Shown: in pieces, positions 8,921 through 18,455 of the stretch | How positions within the stretch are numbered: position 1 is the stretch's first letter | Layout: each line of letters starts with the position of its first letter | The notes under the pieces: generated by a model | What the model saw: the letters and a program-made list of their open reading frames with translations, nothing else | The model's database searches: none | Told to the model about the DNA's origin: nothing | Virus record (IMG/VR): IMGVR_UViG_3300020047_007580 | DNA: 64,000 bases | Origin: a virus | Taxonomy: Duplodnaviria > Heunggongvirae > Uroviricota > Caudoviricetes > Crassvirales | Reading direction: 5' to 3' (one strand) | Made by a program: the position numbers and the translations under genes

Positions 8921-9534
8921 TATTAAACCTATTGGTACTAGCTTAATACGCTTAATCCAACAAGAATTAGTAGTCAGTAGAAATACTTATCAATAGGTAA
9001 AATAAACAGGTTAAACATTGAATACCTTTGTAAATTATTGCCGACGTTTAACTTATCGTCTATAAATATTAAGTGTAATTTACATAAAGATACTAATCCT
9101 GAATTGACAGGATGTTAATGAGATGCTTGGACTGTTGTGTTCAAATCCAATACTAACTATTATAAAGATGTAATAAGTAGGTTAATGCCATCTTGGAAGA
9201 AGTCTTAGCTAATTAGAATAGGATGGTTAAAGCTAATTTTCTTATTAATGGAGTAATCCTGGATGTGTTGTTACCATTGAGAGGGTAATGACTTAAAGTT
9301 GGATAAGAACATCATATCAAAGAACCAACACAACACAAATGAGTTCTCAGCAAGTAGTTAAAACGAATTGTACTAAAACGTACATATACTAGAGTGTACT
9401 AGAACTACGTGACCCTACTCTTATAGTGAAAGGATCAACACAGATAAGTTCAACACATACATAAGAAAGAGGGTGCTAATAAAAAAAAGCATTTTAGCAA
9501 TATATTTTGCTATAAAAACAAAATTAACATTTAT

Positions 9535-9871
9535 GGGGCCGCCTGGTTTTGACAGGTTAAATAAGCAGTAAGATCAGCTCCGAGAGATAACGGATAATAA
9601 CTAAGGTGAATCATTTTAAATGACAACAATCAAATTTCAGCCAATATGGCTACAGTAGGTTCATTACTTAACGTTAACGCTCCGGCAAAAACAATGAGAA
9701 TGGCAGCATAATAACTTAGGTTAGAATGCAAGATTACGCATAAAAGCATACGCATACTTCTAGATTTAGTATTGTTTGAGAGAAGTAAAAGACTAAACTT
9801 TACAAAAGCTGTATAAATCTTATTGTTACACTTTAATTTTGGACGGGGGTTCGATTCCCCCCGGCTCCACA
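9535..9871 (+). ncRNA. ssrA: tmRNA (SsrA)
   Basis: 5' GGGGCCGCCTGGTTTTGACAGG... and 3' ...GGACGGGGGTTCGATTCCCCCCGGCTCCAC-A form a tRNA-Ala-like acceptor stem and T-arm typical of tmRNA. An internal reading frame ends in GCA GCA TAA TAA (9703-9714). Confidence 0.8.
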
Positions 9872-10084
9872 GTTTATTAAAATCACTTGCTTGAAGATAA
9901 ACAATAAGTAGAAATCGTGTATACACAGAGTAAATTATAAACTGTACTAGTAGTTGTGTTTATTGTAAAGAATAGTTCGGCATCATTTATCTGAAATGTA
10001 CAATGACTGATATACTATTTTCACTAGATATGGACAAGTGATTTTTTAAATAATAAATAGAAGGAAAACTATATAAACCTGAAT

Positions 10085-10159
10085 ATAGATGTAGTTCAGT
10101 ATTTGGTAGAACAGATCGTTAAAACGTTTATGTCGTTGGTTCGAATCCAGCCATCTATA
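10085..10159 (+). tRNA. tRNA-like element (anticodon uncertain)
   Basis: Perfect acceptor stem ATAGATG/CATCTAT. Canonical D-arm GTTC-AGTATTTGGTA-GAAC. T-arm GTTGG-TTCGAAT-CCAGC. The anticodon-arm region GATCGTTAAAACGTTTA does not form a standard 5-bp stem with a 7-nt loop. Confidence 0.5.
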
Positions 10160-10196
10160 CAAACGAGAGGAAAGGAGACCATAACAAATGTCCTGG

Positions 10197-10272
10197 TGAT
10201 GTGTAGCTCAGATGGTTAGAGCGGGGACCTTGCAAAGGTCCTGCGTCGTGGGTTCGAGGCCCACCACAGCAA
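10197..10272 (+). tRNA. tRNA-Cys (anticodon GCA)
   Basis: Acceptor stem with one mismatch. D-arm TAGCTCAGATGGTTAGAGC. Anticodon stem GGACC/GGTCC with loop TTGCAAA. T-arm GTGGG-TTCGAGG-CCCAC. Confidence 0.7.
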
Positions 10273-10532
10273 CAAAAGTGTCAACTATAAGTATAAGCCA
10301 GCAAAAAGGAGTAGCTACCTACGCTTCGGGTGAACAACATCTGGTTAATCATGATAATTCCAGTGCGGAGATCCTATAAACTTATACTTGGTTGGCATAA
10401 TAATACAACAATCCGTGTAGATTGTGTCTAAATGAATAATAGTTTAAAGTAAAACCCTTAAATTAATATAAATTAAGGAGATGCAGCATAACGACCTGCA
10501 AATTCATTTTTAATTTAAAACAAATAACAAAT

Positions 10533-10615
10533 ACCGGTGAAATATAATGGCAAGTTGGTATGTCCCCCTGTAGAAATACAGGTTTTTATCGGAGGTTCGA
10601 GTCCTTCCATCGGTG
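10533..10615 (+). tRNA. tRNA-like element (83 nt) with GAAA-capped hairpin in place of anticodon arm
   Basis: Acceptor stem ACCGGTG/CATCGGT. T-arm GGAGG-TTCGAGT-CCTTC. D-loop-like AAGTTGGTA. The internal stem CCTGT(A)/(T)ACAGG closes a 6-nt loop AGAAAT, or 6 bp with a GAAA tetraloop. There is extra sequence between the acceptor stem and the D-arm. Confidence 0.45.
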
Positions 10616-10794
10616 CTAAAATTAAAAACCATGAGACCAAGAATTAAAAAAGGAATTTTAGTTACTTCTACAAATATTGGAAGAAGAGCTAATGCATTCA
10701 AAAATGTCATAGAAGTGACATACAGGCCATTAATATTTGGCAATAAAATAGTATCCGAGAAAGTCTTAGGAACTAGAACAAAAATAAATTAATT

Positions 10795-10986
10795 ATGATT
10801 GAATTACTATTATTATTAATAGCTTCCGTATTGTATTGGGTAGCTAAAAAGTATTTCTCTAAAGAAGAAGGAGGTTTTACTTGTTTTGGAACTAAAGGGA
10901 CAATTATTGTTATTGTCGCTAGTATTATATTCTTCTTATCTACAATATTAGGAATTAACAACATTTATCTTAATTATGTGCGATAA
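10795..10986 (+). CDS. small membrane protein (63 aa)
   Basis: Hydrophobic ORF. The antisense ORF 10773-10964 is rejected as its shadow. Confidence 0.35.
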   Translation: MIELLLLLIASVLYWVAKKYFSKEEGGFTCFGTKGTIIVIVASIIFFLSTILGINNIYLNYVR

Positions 10987-11090
10987 AATAGATTCAAGTA
11001 TGATCTTAACTTTGATTCTAATTATTTTTGCATTTTCAATATTTGTAGCAGGAATAATTAGCTCAGTTAGATTAGTTAAAGCCTTAGAGA

Positions 11091-11336
11091 ATGAGGAAGA
11101 TAAAAAGAATAGACCTTAAAGCGCATGAAGTCGCTAGAACTATTACCATGTATCAATTATATACTAAAGTAGAGATTAGGTTAAATACCTTGAGATGTGT
11201 AAAATTAAGGAAAGTCTTAAAAAAGCATGACAATGGAATTAAAATACTTGATGAAGATCTATTAAAATTAGTATTAAACGAGATTGAATATAGAAAGATA
11301 ATAGGAATAAAAGTATTAAAATCATTAAAAATCTAG
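11091..11336 (+). CDS. hypothetical protein (81 aa)
   Basis: ORF only. Confidence 0.35.
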   Translation: MRKIKRIDLKAHEVARTITMYQLYTKVEIRLNTLRCVKLRKVLKKHDNGIKILDEDLLKLVLNEIEYRKIIGIKVLKSLKI

Positions 11337-11468
11337 AAATATTAATAGCGGCCTTGGCGGCATCAGGGATGAGCATAAGCCAAGAAGACTTATCATTTAT
11401 CTTAGAGATGGATAGAATAGTTTCTGTAAAAGGAAAAGAACTCTCATTAAATGAGATTCAAAAACTGA

Positions 11469-11864
11469 GTGACGAATATTATAATCAAAAAGATGGCGAA
11501 AGCAGTTAAAAAAAAAATAGATGAGGATTTAATTCCCATTGAAAAACTAATTACAAAAAAAGAAATGAATGGATTGATATCAGTAATAAAATCAAGACAG
11601 GAATTTTTTCAAAAAATGGCTAATGAAAAAAATATAGCGCGGGAGCGTTCAAATTCATTGCTAGAAGAAAGGCTTAACGGAATGGCAAGTAAAGAAGCAA
11701 AAGAAAAAATCATGCTACTTGGAGAGAAGTTAATGGCCGAAGCTGATAAAGTCTATATGATGCAATACAAGGAAGAGTTGTCTCACCAACCAGGGATGGT
11801 TGAGTTCTTGCATAAATTCACAAATGAAAAGTTTACTGACTTGACAGGGGTTTTCAGTTTATAA
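11469..11864 (+). CDS. hypothetical protein (131 aa)
   Basis: ORF only. Confidence 0.5.
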   Translation: MTNIIIKKMAKAVKKKIDEDLIPIEKLITKKEMNGLISVIKSRQEFFQKMANEKNIARERSNSLLEERLNGMASKEAKEKIMLLGEKLMAEADKVYMMQYKEELSHQPGMVEFLHKFTNEKFTDLTGVFSL

Positions 11865-11946
11865 TACGCATACTAAAAAAGAGTAAATTAATCGGGAGTA
11901 ATCTTTTGCCAACACAAGTAAAGATAAAAAATTAAAACAAAAAATC

Positions 11947-12396
11947 ATGAACAATTTAGGTAAAGCAGTAGTAGTAAGTCACCCAAAAACAGGAAAATTA
12001 ATTACAAGGTTTAAAAATGAAAGCGAAGAAGAATTTGGAAAAATTAGATTAGACCAAAGCGAATTGGCAATCAGTAATGGTTTCTCAAGATTTGCAAAAA
12101 GAAGCGCATTTATAACTGTTGACGGTTCAACTGCTGATGTATTAGAAGGAATGTTGGTAGAAGGTCAGCCTTATCCAATGGCAGGTAAAATCGTAGTTAC
12201 AGAGAGTACTCGTCCATTTTATCCAGGACAAGAACCTAAGAGAAAAGGAAAAGACGGAGCAATCATTTTAAGTAATGGACAACCAGTATATAGAGATACT
12301 GAGTTCACTTCAGATTTGAACAGAGAAGATGTTTTCATCACTTCAGATTCAAATACAGGAATGAATACTGCACAAGCAGGAAACGCCGCTGAGTAG
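11947..12396 (+). CDS. hypothetical protein (149 aa)
   Basis: Intact ORF followed by a strong terminator. Confidence 0.55.
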   Translation: MNNLGKAVVVSHPKTGKLITRFKNESEEEFGKIRLDQSELAISNGFSRFAKRSAFITVDGSTADVLEGMLVEGQPYPMAGKIVVTESTRPFYPGQEPKRKGKDGAIILSNGQPVYRDTEFTSDLNREDVFITSDSNTGMNTAQAGNAAE

Positions 12397-12417
12397 TTTT
12401 CTCATTTTTTAGTTTTT

Positions 12418-12451
12418 GAAAGGGGGAAGTAATTAACCCCCTTTTTTTTTT
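12418..12451 (+). terminator. Rho-independent terminator
   Basis: AGGGGG-AAGTAATTAA-CCCCCT hairpin followed by T11. Confidence 0.7.
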
Positions 12452-12474
12452 ATTAATCATTATTACAAAACAAA

Positions 12475-12909
12475 ATGCAAAAAAAATTAGAAGTTACAAT
12501 AAAAAGAAGCGGTAAGTTAACTTTAACTGAAATTAAAGCTCTAACTGAAAAAATATTCGATGATGCTCAAGAAGTAATTGACGCTTGGAATTCATCTTAT
12601 GAAAATACATTTGATTTTCAAAGAAAAGTAAAGTCATTAAAAACTAAACATGGAATACTTGCTGCAGAAAGAGCAATTGTATTTATTGCTACTAAACACA
12701 AGAAAGTGACAATTAATGTTTATTCAGAAGAATATCAAAAAGCATTAAAACAATTGCATGATACGTTTAGAAAAAAGAACCTATATGCATACTCCGGGTG
12801 TAAACCATTTGAAAAAGTTAAAAATCAAATTATTCTTGCTCAAGTAGAAAATGTTAATATAATTGATCTCGCAAAATCAATTTCATTGTCTTTGGTTAAA
12901 AATAATTAA
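12475..12909 (+). CDS. hypothetical protein (144 aa)
   Basis: ORF only. Confidence 0.55.
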   Translation: MQKKLEVTIKRSGKLTLTEIKALTEKIFDDAQEVIDAWNSSYENTFDFQRKVKSLKTKHGILAAERAIVFIATKHKKVTINVYSEEYQKALKQLHDTFRKKNLYAYSGCKPFEKVKNQIILAQVENVNIIDLAKSISLSLVKNN

Positions 12910-13002
12910 TAAAGTTTCCCTATCGTCTAATGTTAGGATGGGCAATTATATATTGCAAGATAGTAGTTCGAACCTGCTTAGGGATCTAAAAACAAAACAA
13001 AC

Positions 13003-13269
13003 ATGAAACATACATTTGCAACAATAGAAGACTGGGAAGACGAGCATGGAGAAAACTTTCTTTTTGACGGACCAGGAATTTTCTCTAAACAAGAAGAAGA
13101 TCTTGTAATACTTAATGTAAACGATAAATTAGGAAAAACTTTCAAATCATTAAAAGACGAAGAGTTTCAAGAAATTTATCATTATGGTTCAAATAAAGAA
13201 AGAAGATCTATTAATGAATCAATGGCAGAAGTAATGAACATTAGTTTAAATAAATTTAATTACAAATGA
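13003..13269 (+). CDS. hypothetical protein (88 aa)
   Basis: ORF only. Confidence 0.5.
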   Translation: MKHTFATIEDWEDEHGENFLFDGPGIFSKQEEDLVILNVNDKLGKTFKSLKDEEFQEIYHYGSNKERRSINESMAEVMNISLNKFNYK

Positions 13270-13577
13270 AAAGAAAATTAATTGAACAGTATCAAGAAAA
13301 GTTCGTAGTATGCGACAATGATGATTGTGGTTATGAAATTCCTTTTAATGATAAGTTAAATTTATTTGACTTCATTGATAAAGAATGTCCTAATTGCGGA
13401 GATAATCTTCTCACAAATGAAGACTATATTATGAGTCTTAAAATTCAAAAGTGTATTGATTTTATTAACAAATGGTTTAGTTGGACACTAATATTTTCTG
13501 GTAAAATAAGAGAAGAAGATTATTCTAAAGTAGGCCTACATGTTCATAAAGGCATAAAAATTACAACAGATGAGTAG
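13266..13577 (+). CDS. Zn-ribbon protein (103 aa)
   Basis: CDNDDCGY ... CPNCGDNLL (CxxC...CxxC). Confidence 0.5.
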   Translation: MKRKLIEQYQEKFVVCDNDDCGYEIPFNDKLNLFDFIDKECPNCGDNLLTNEDYIMSLKIQKCIDFINKWFSWTLIFSGKIREEDYSKVGLHVHKGIKITTDE

Positions 13578-14073
13578 GACTTTTGGAATAGCAGATTTAC
13601 ATTTAGGGCATAAAAACATGGCTATTAAAAGAGGTTTTATAACTGTCGAAGAGCATGATGAATTCATTATATCTAACTGGAATAAAGTAGTAAATAAAAA
13701 AGATAATGTAATTATCTTAGGAGATGTTACTATGGAGGAAAAACATTCATACTACTTACTCAATAGAATGAATGGGAGAAAAAAAGTAATTGGAGGTAAT
13801 CATGATAGAACGCAAGACTCAGAAGAACTACTAAAGTATGTTTCTGGAATATGCGGGATGATGAAAAGAAAAGGGTTTATTTTAACTCACTGTCCAATAC
13901 ATGAAAGTCAATTAGAAGATTTTTACATGAACATACACGGCCACGTACACGAAAAAACTTTAGATGATGAAAGATATATAAATCTATCATGTGAAGTTAT
14001 AGGCTACACCCCGGTGTTGCTGTCTAATTACGTTAACAAAAATGGCGAAACAAAACCTAGAAAAAATGAGTAA
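13570..14073 (+). CDS. calcineurin-like metallophosphoesterase
   Basis: Motifs D-LHLGH, ILGD and GGNHD in canonical order. Confidence 0.75.
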   Translation: MSRTFGIADLHLGHKNMAIKRGFITVEEHDEFIISNWNKVVNKKDNVIILGDVTMEEKHSYYLLNRMNGRKKVIGGNHDRTQDSEELLKYVSGICGMMKRKGFILTHCPIHESQLEDFYMNIHGHVHEKTLDDERYINLSCEVIGYTPVLLSNYVNKNGETKPRKNE

Positions 14074-14398
14074 GATGAAAGAAGGAGTATTAGCTACTCC
14101 AGAATTATTGCTACTATACGGATTTAAAGAACGTAAAGGGCCAGTAATGGACACTTACAGTATTAGTATAAGCAGAAATGAGTTAGAATACAAGGAAGTT
14201 TCCGTAACATTAAGTCCAGGCAATCAATACATAATGGCAAGACAAGGTGATTTAGAATCATTAAGACACAAAGACGACGTAATCACATTATATAATGGAG
14301 ATTATGACGGAAAGCTTGAAATGTTTAGGTTGGACAACTTAATTTATGGCTTAACAGGGAAATGGTTAGAAGTCGTTGACTCAATAAAAAAGTGTTAA
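14042..14398 (+). CDS. hypothetical protein (118 aa; start possibly 14066)
   Basis: ORF overlapping the end of the upstream gene. Confidence 0.45.
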   Translation: MAKQNLEKMSKMKEGVLATPELLLLYGFKERKGPVMDTYSISISRNELEYKEVSVTLSPGNQYIMARQGDLESLRHKDDVITLYNGDYDGKLEMFRLDNLIYGLTGKWLEVVDSIKKC

Positions 14399-14572
14399 CA
14401 ATAAGAAATAGATGCCGGTAAAAGGTAATCAATCTTTCTCTATATACAGAGAATGGGCAGCAAGCTTTAGACACTTGCCTTTGTCATCGAAAGATGGCAT
14501 CGTATCATTGGGAGCAATGAATTGTGCGGGAGGTCGTAAAGACCTTAATTAAAATAAACTAAAACTATAATC

Positions 14573-15079
14573 ATGGGAATTTTTTCAAGAAAGAAAAAAG
14601 AAGTAGAAGTTGTTGAAAAAACAATAACAGAAGATTTAGCATCAATAGATATGCAGGTTGCTGGTTTTGCTAATAAAGTTGCAGAATCTTCAAATAAAGA
14701 AGTTCAATTAATACACTTGACTTCTATTGTAGACAAAGAAGGAAAAGAAGGAAATGGCAAATGCTTCGCGGTAATTGGAAGTTCAGATAATTTAATTGAT
14801 ATGCTAGAAGGCGCAGCATTAAAAGAGGTTAATTTTGCAAAAATACTTGTTACAGTTGTTGAAAGATTAGTTTCAAACAGCAAAGAATTTGAAAAACTGC
14901 AAGAATCAATTAAAAATGGATCTGAATGCATGTGTGAAAGTTGTCAATTAGAAAGAGCGGCTGCAGGAGCGCCGGGAACATTGATTCCTTCAATGTCAAT
15001 TGACGATATAACAAAAATGAGTCCTGAAAAAATGGACGAATTAGTAAAAAGCATTGTCAAAAGAACAAAACGAAGTTAG
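14573..15079 (+). CDS. hypothetical protein (168 aa), Cys cluster CMCESC
   Basis: ORF. Overlaps the helicase start. Confidence 0.5.
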   Translation: MGIFSRKKKEVEVVEKTITEDLASIDMQVAGFANKVAESSNKEVQLIHLTSIVDKEGKEGNGKCFAVIGSSDNLIDMLEGAALKEVNFAKILVTVVERLVSNSKEFEKLQESIKNGSECMCESCQLERAAAGAPGTLIPSMSIDDITKMSPEKMDELVKSIVKRTKRS

Positions 15080-16289
15080 AGAAAAAATTCAAGACAAATC
15101 TTTGAAATTGTCAAGAGACAATCAAAATATTGTTTTAGAGTGGGCGACAGGAGCCGGCAAAACTTATGCCGCAGTTAAGATAGTAAATGACATAATCAAG
15201 AAAAACAAGAACGCAAGGGGGTATTTGATATGCAAAGAAAGCACTCATAAAAAGAATTGGCTCGATGACATAAAGTTCCATAAGATGGAACATATTCTTA
15301 ACAATGTCGATACAATACTTTATGCTTCTTTACATAAACTAATTATTCAAGCGGACTTTATTATTCTTGATGAATGTCATGCATTAACTGACAAAAGAAC
15401 TGCAGAATTGCAAAGATTAATAGGAAAGAATACTAAGTTGATATTTTTATCTGCTACCATTCCAGAAGACAAAAAATCATTAATATCCTTACTTTCTAAA
15501 AGAAAAGTAGAATATTATACAATAACATTGTTAGATGCAATTAATCTTAATTTACTGCCAAAACCTAGAGTAATTGTTCATAGTTTAAAACTGGAAGACA
15601 ATGATTACAGGCCTTACGAATTTACTATGACTAAAGGAGTTAAGGCTAAGTCTGTAATTAAAACCGTGGTTTTTAAAGAAAGGTGGAAGATACTTAATTC
15701 TTACAGCCACATTCAATTAAACGTATTATGTAATCAATTAGAATACTACACATATCTAACTGACCAAATGAATTATTTAGACACTAAAATAAAAGAAACT
15801 TTTTCAGACTTTTTTCAACGAATGATGATGAAGAATAAGTTTTTAAACATGGCGTCTCAAAGAAAGAAATTTATAGCTTCTGCAAAAACTAAAAAGGCTA
15901 GAGAAATACTAGATTCTTTTAGTAACTCTAGACACATTTGTTTCACTGGTTCTATCGAACAATCTTTAGAATTAGGAGGAAATAGTAGCGTTAATTCAAA
16001 TAATCATAAGAAAGTAAATCAAGAACTTATAGATGGATTTAACAGTAAAATGTATTCTATGTTATTTGCAGTAAATATGCTTAGAGAAGGTCTTAATCTT
16101 ACAGATATTCAAAAAGGATTGATAATTCAATTAGATAGTACGGTTGGATCTTATTTTCAAATGTTAGGAAGAATGTTGAGGCATGAATTTCCTGAAGTTC
16201 ATTTAATTAAGTTGCTCAATACTCAAGATGAAAAATATTTTGAAAGAGCAATGGTTGATTTTAGTGAGGATTTTATAGAAAACAGATAA
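15054..16289 (+). CDS. SF2 DEAD/DEAH-box helicase
   Basis: Walker A ATGAGKT, DECH box (ILDECH), motif III LSAT, and C-terminal helicase-domain-like region. Confidence 0.75.
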   Translation: MSKEQNEVREKIQDKSLKLSRDNQNIVLEWATGAGKTYAAVKIVNDIIKKNKNARGYLICKESTHKKNWLDDIKFHKMEHILNNVDTILYASLHKLIIQADFIILDECHALTDKRTAELQRLIGKNTKLIFLSATIPEDKKSLISLLSKRKVEYYTITLLDAINLNLLPKPRVIVHSLKLEDNDYRPYEFTMTKGVKAKSVIKTVVFKERWKILNSYSHIQLNVLCNQLEYYTYLTDQMNYLDTKIKETFSDFFQRMMMKNKFLNMASQRKKFIASAKTKKAREILDSFSNSRHICFTGSIEQSLELGGNSSVNSNNHKKVNQELIDGFNSKMYSMLFAVNMLREGLNLTDIQKGLIIQLDSTVGSYFQMLGRMLRHEFPEVHLIKLLNTQDEKYFERAMVDFSEDFIENR

Positions 16290-16290
16290 A

Positions 16291-16845
16291 ATGGTAAATA
16301 TTAGTATAGACTTTGAACTATTAAAAAAGTTCAAGATTAGTGTTAATGAATATTTAATACTATATGACGTGGCCAATGACTTTACAATTTCTGGAATATT
16401 TAATTACAATGCATCTGAATTAGTTGCTCTTGAAAAAAAAGCCTTGATAAAACTTACTGAAGAAGGTATATTTTTAAGAGGAAAAGCTACAGAAATTTTT
16501 TCAACAAAAGAAGACTATTTTTCTCAATGGATTGATCTATATCCAACGGCAGTTAAAAAGAATGCAGGAGGAAGCAGAGCCTTAAGTCCCGCATCTTCTG
16601 ATACAATTCTTGGATCAAGATTAAGAAAAAAATGGGATTTAGTATTCAAAAAAGATATTGAAAAGCAATTATTTGCAATAGAAGTTCTTCGCGCTGAAGT
16701 TGCTGATAAAAAGAAATCAGGTGATTTAGAATACATGGTTGAAGCAGCAAGGTGGTTAAATGAAGGATTTCATGAAAAGTTTGCACATTTAGTGACAGAA
16801 AAAAAGGAAGTTGATAACAGCTATTCCATGGAGGATTGGTTATAA
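16291..16845 (+). CDS. hypothetical protein (184 aa), possible helicase loader/replication accessory
   Basis: Sits between two helicase genes. No diagnostic motif. Confidence 0.4.
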   Translation: MVNISIDFELLKKFKISVNEYLILYDVANDFTISGIFNYNASELVALEKKALIKLTEEGIFLRGKATEIFSTKEDYFSQWIDLYPTAVKKNAGGSRALSPASSDTILGSRLRKKWDLVFKKDIEKQLFAIEVLRAEVADKKKSGDLEYMVEAARWLNEGFHEKFAHLVTEKKEVDNSYSMEDWL

Positions 16846-16857
16846 TGAAAGAGAAAA

Positions 16858-18066
16858 ATGATTGGAAAGAGAGAAGATGGGAAGGTATTCCAAAGAGTTC
16901 AGGAGTTACGTCAAATAAAGGCTGAGAAAGAAAAAGGAAGAATATTTTGCATTCCATTTGAAAGCTATCCTAAATTGGCAGCTTCAGTTCCCGGTATTGT
17001 TCCGGGAATGATAACCATGATTACTGCCGGAAGCGGCGTAGGAAAAACTCAAGTTACAAAAGCACTTGCTGTTAGAGAACCATTAGAATACGCTAGACGA
17101 AATAAAATAAAAATTAAAATATTCTATTTTGCACTAGAAGAAAGTAAACAGGAATTTATAGATACAATGATTTGTAATTATGTATCGAGTAAAGGAATAA
17201 AGCTTGATTTATTGACATTACAAGGATTTAGAGTTAATGCATTAGAAGAATCTGCAATGAAGTCAATAGAAGCTCATTTAGATGATATTGAAGAATTGTT
17301 AGAATCAGTCGAAGTAATTGATTCAGTTTATAATGCAACTGGAATATATAAATATTGCAGAGATTATGCTGATAAAAATGGCAAACACGTCTATGAAGAC
17401 AGGGAATTCATTAAGAAAAAGAATGATGGATCTACCGAGACAGAAACAGTAAAAGTTTATTCTCACTATGAACCAAAAGACCCGCATGCCATTACAATTG
17501 TAGTAGTTGACCACTTAAGTTTACTTGTTCCTGAAAAAGATAAGGTTACTGGAAATATGATGAGTCAGCATCAAACTATGGCTAAATGGAGTACAGATTA
17601 TGCGTTAAAGCAATTGACTAAGCATTGGAACTGGGCAGTAGTTAATGTAATTCAGCAAGAGCAATCGGGAGAAAAAGAACAATTTACTAACAAAGGCGAT
17701 AGTATCGTTAAAAAAACAGAACCAGCATTAAGTAATTTTGCTAATAACAAAGAGATACAAAGAGATGCTAAAATTGTTATAGGAGTTTATTCTCCAGACA
17801 GGTATGGATTTGAAGACTATCATGATTATGACATAAAAAGATTTAGAGATTCATTTAGAGCAATAAAAATTCTTAAAAACAGATTTGGACCACCAAATAA
17901 ATATGTACACATGTTATTTGACGGAGCTTCTAATAGATTTAAAGAGCTTCCTTTACCAAATGAATCGCAAAAATTAATTAAGTTTTATGAAGAAGCTGAC
18001 AAACTATTAGGCAGAACCGGATCTCCAATTAAAAAGCTAAATTCCATACCGGGGTTCGGAGGTTAA
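16858..18066 (+). CDS. SF4 (DnaB/T7 gp4-like) replicative helicase
   Basis: Walker A TAGSGVGKTQ (SGSGxGK[ST] type) and VVVDHLSLL (the 'DH' Walker B of SF4 helicases). Confidence 0.65.
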   Translation: MIGKREDGKVFQRVQELRQIKAEKEKGRIFCIPFESYPKLAASVPGIVPGMITMITAGSGVGKTQVTKALAVREPLEYARRNKIKIKIFYFALEESKQEFIDTMICNYVSSKGIKLDLLTLQGFRVNALEESAMKSIEAHLDDIEELLESVEVIDSVYNATGIYKYCRDYADKNGKHVYEDREFIKKKNDGSTETETVKVYSHYEPKDPHAITIVVVDHLSLLVPEKDKVTGNMMSQHQTMAKWSTDYALKQLTKHWNWAVVNVIQQEQSGEKEQFTNKGDSIVKKTEPALSNFANNKEIQRDAKIVIGVYSPDRYGFEDYHDYDIKRFRDSFRAIKILKNRFGPPNKYVHMLFDGASNRFKELPLPNESQKLIKFYEEADKLLGRTGSPIKKLNSIPGFGG

Positions 18067-18068
18067 TT

Positions 18069-18323
18069 ATGGAAAGTGATGTTTCAAAATTAAAATTAAA
18101 GTCTAGGTCTGAATTTATATTGTTCAAATGCTTTAAAACTTCTCCAGAAGGAAGTCCTAAAAGAATAAAAATAAGTTCTATTGAAGAGTATTATATCTGC
18201 TCAAAAGGTAGGTTGACAATATTTCATTCAGGAAGAAAATCTATGTTTGAATATAAAGATTCTGTTATGACAGAAAAACTACTTGACAAAATTGACGCAC
18301 TTTTTAATATAAAATCTGTATGA
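18069..18323 (+). CDS. hypothetical protein (84 aa)
   Basis: ORF only. Confidence 0.4.
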   Translation: MESDVSKLKLKSRSEFILFKCFKTSPEGSPKRIKISSIEEYYICSKGRLTIFHSGRKSMFEYKDSVMTEKLLDKIDALFNIKSV

Positions 18324-18455
18324 AGTTATATTGTTTCGCAGTAATGGATGGGTTTAACAATCCTCCAGTAATGTATTTAATAGGAAAGAAAAATCTTGTT
18401 GATGCAGAAAAAAAAAGAATTAAATTTTTTAAAAAACAATTAAAAGGAAAAAAAA

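Noticed and set aside
9128-9160. GTTCAAATCC T-loop-like sequence
   Set aside because: Flanking sequence cannot form a T-stem or acceptor stem.
9630-9926. Minus-strand 98-aa ORF
   Set aside because: It overlaps the tmRNA gene on the opposite strand. The tmRNA fold is far better supported.
10510-10743. Minus-strand 77-aa ORF
   Set aside because: It overlaps the tRNA-like element 10533-10615. No supporting features.
12925-12995. T-arm-like AGTAG-TTCGAAC-CTGCT with partial acceptor pairing TTCCCTA/TAGGGAT
   Set aside because: No D-arm can be formed and the total length is short. Probably a chance TTCGAA motif or a remnant, so not called as tRNA. It may still be a small hairpin-rich intergenic element.
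16524-16957. Minus-strand ORFs 16524-16736 and 16646-16957
   Set aside because: They are antisense to well-supported plus-strand genes, with no motifs. Shadow ORFs.
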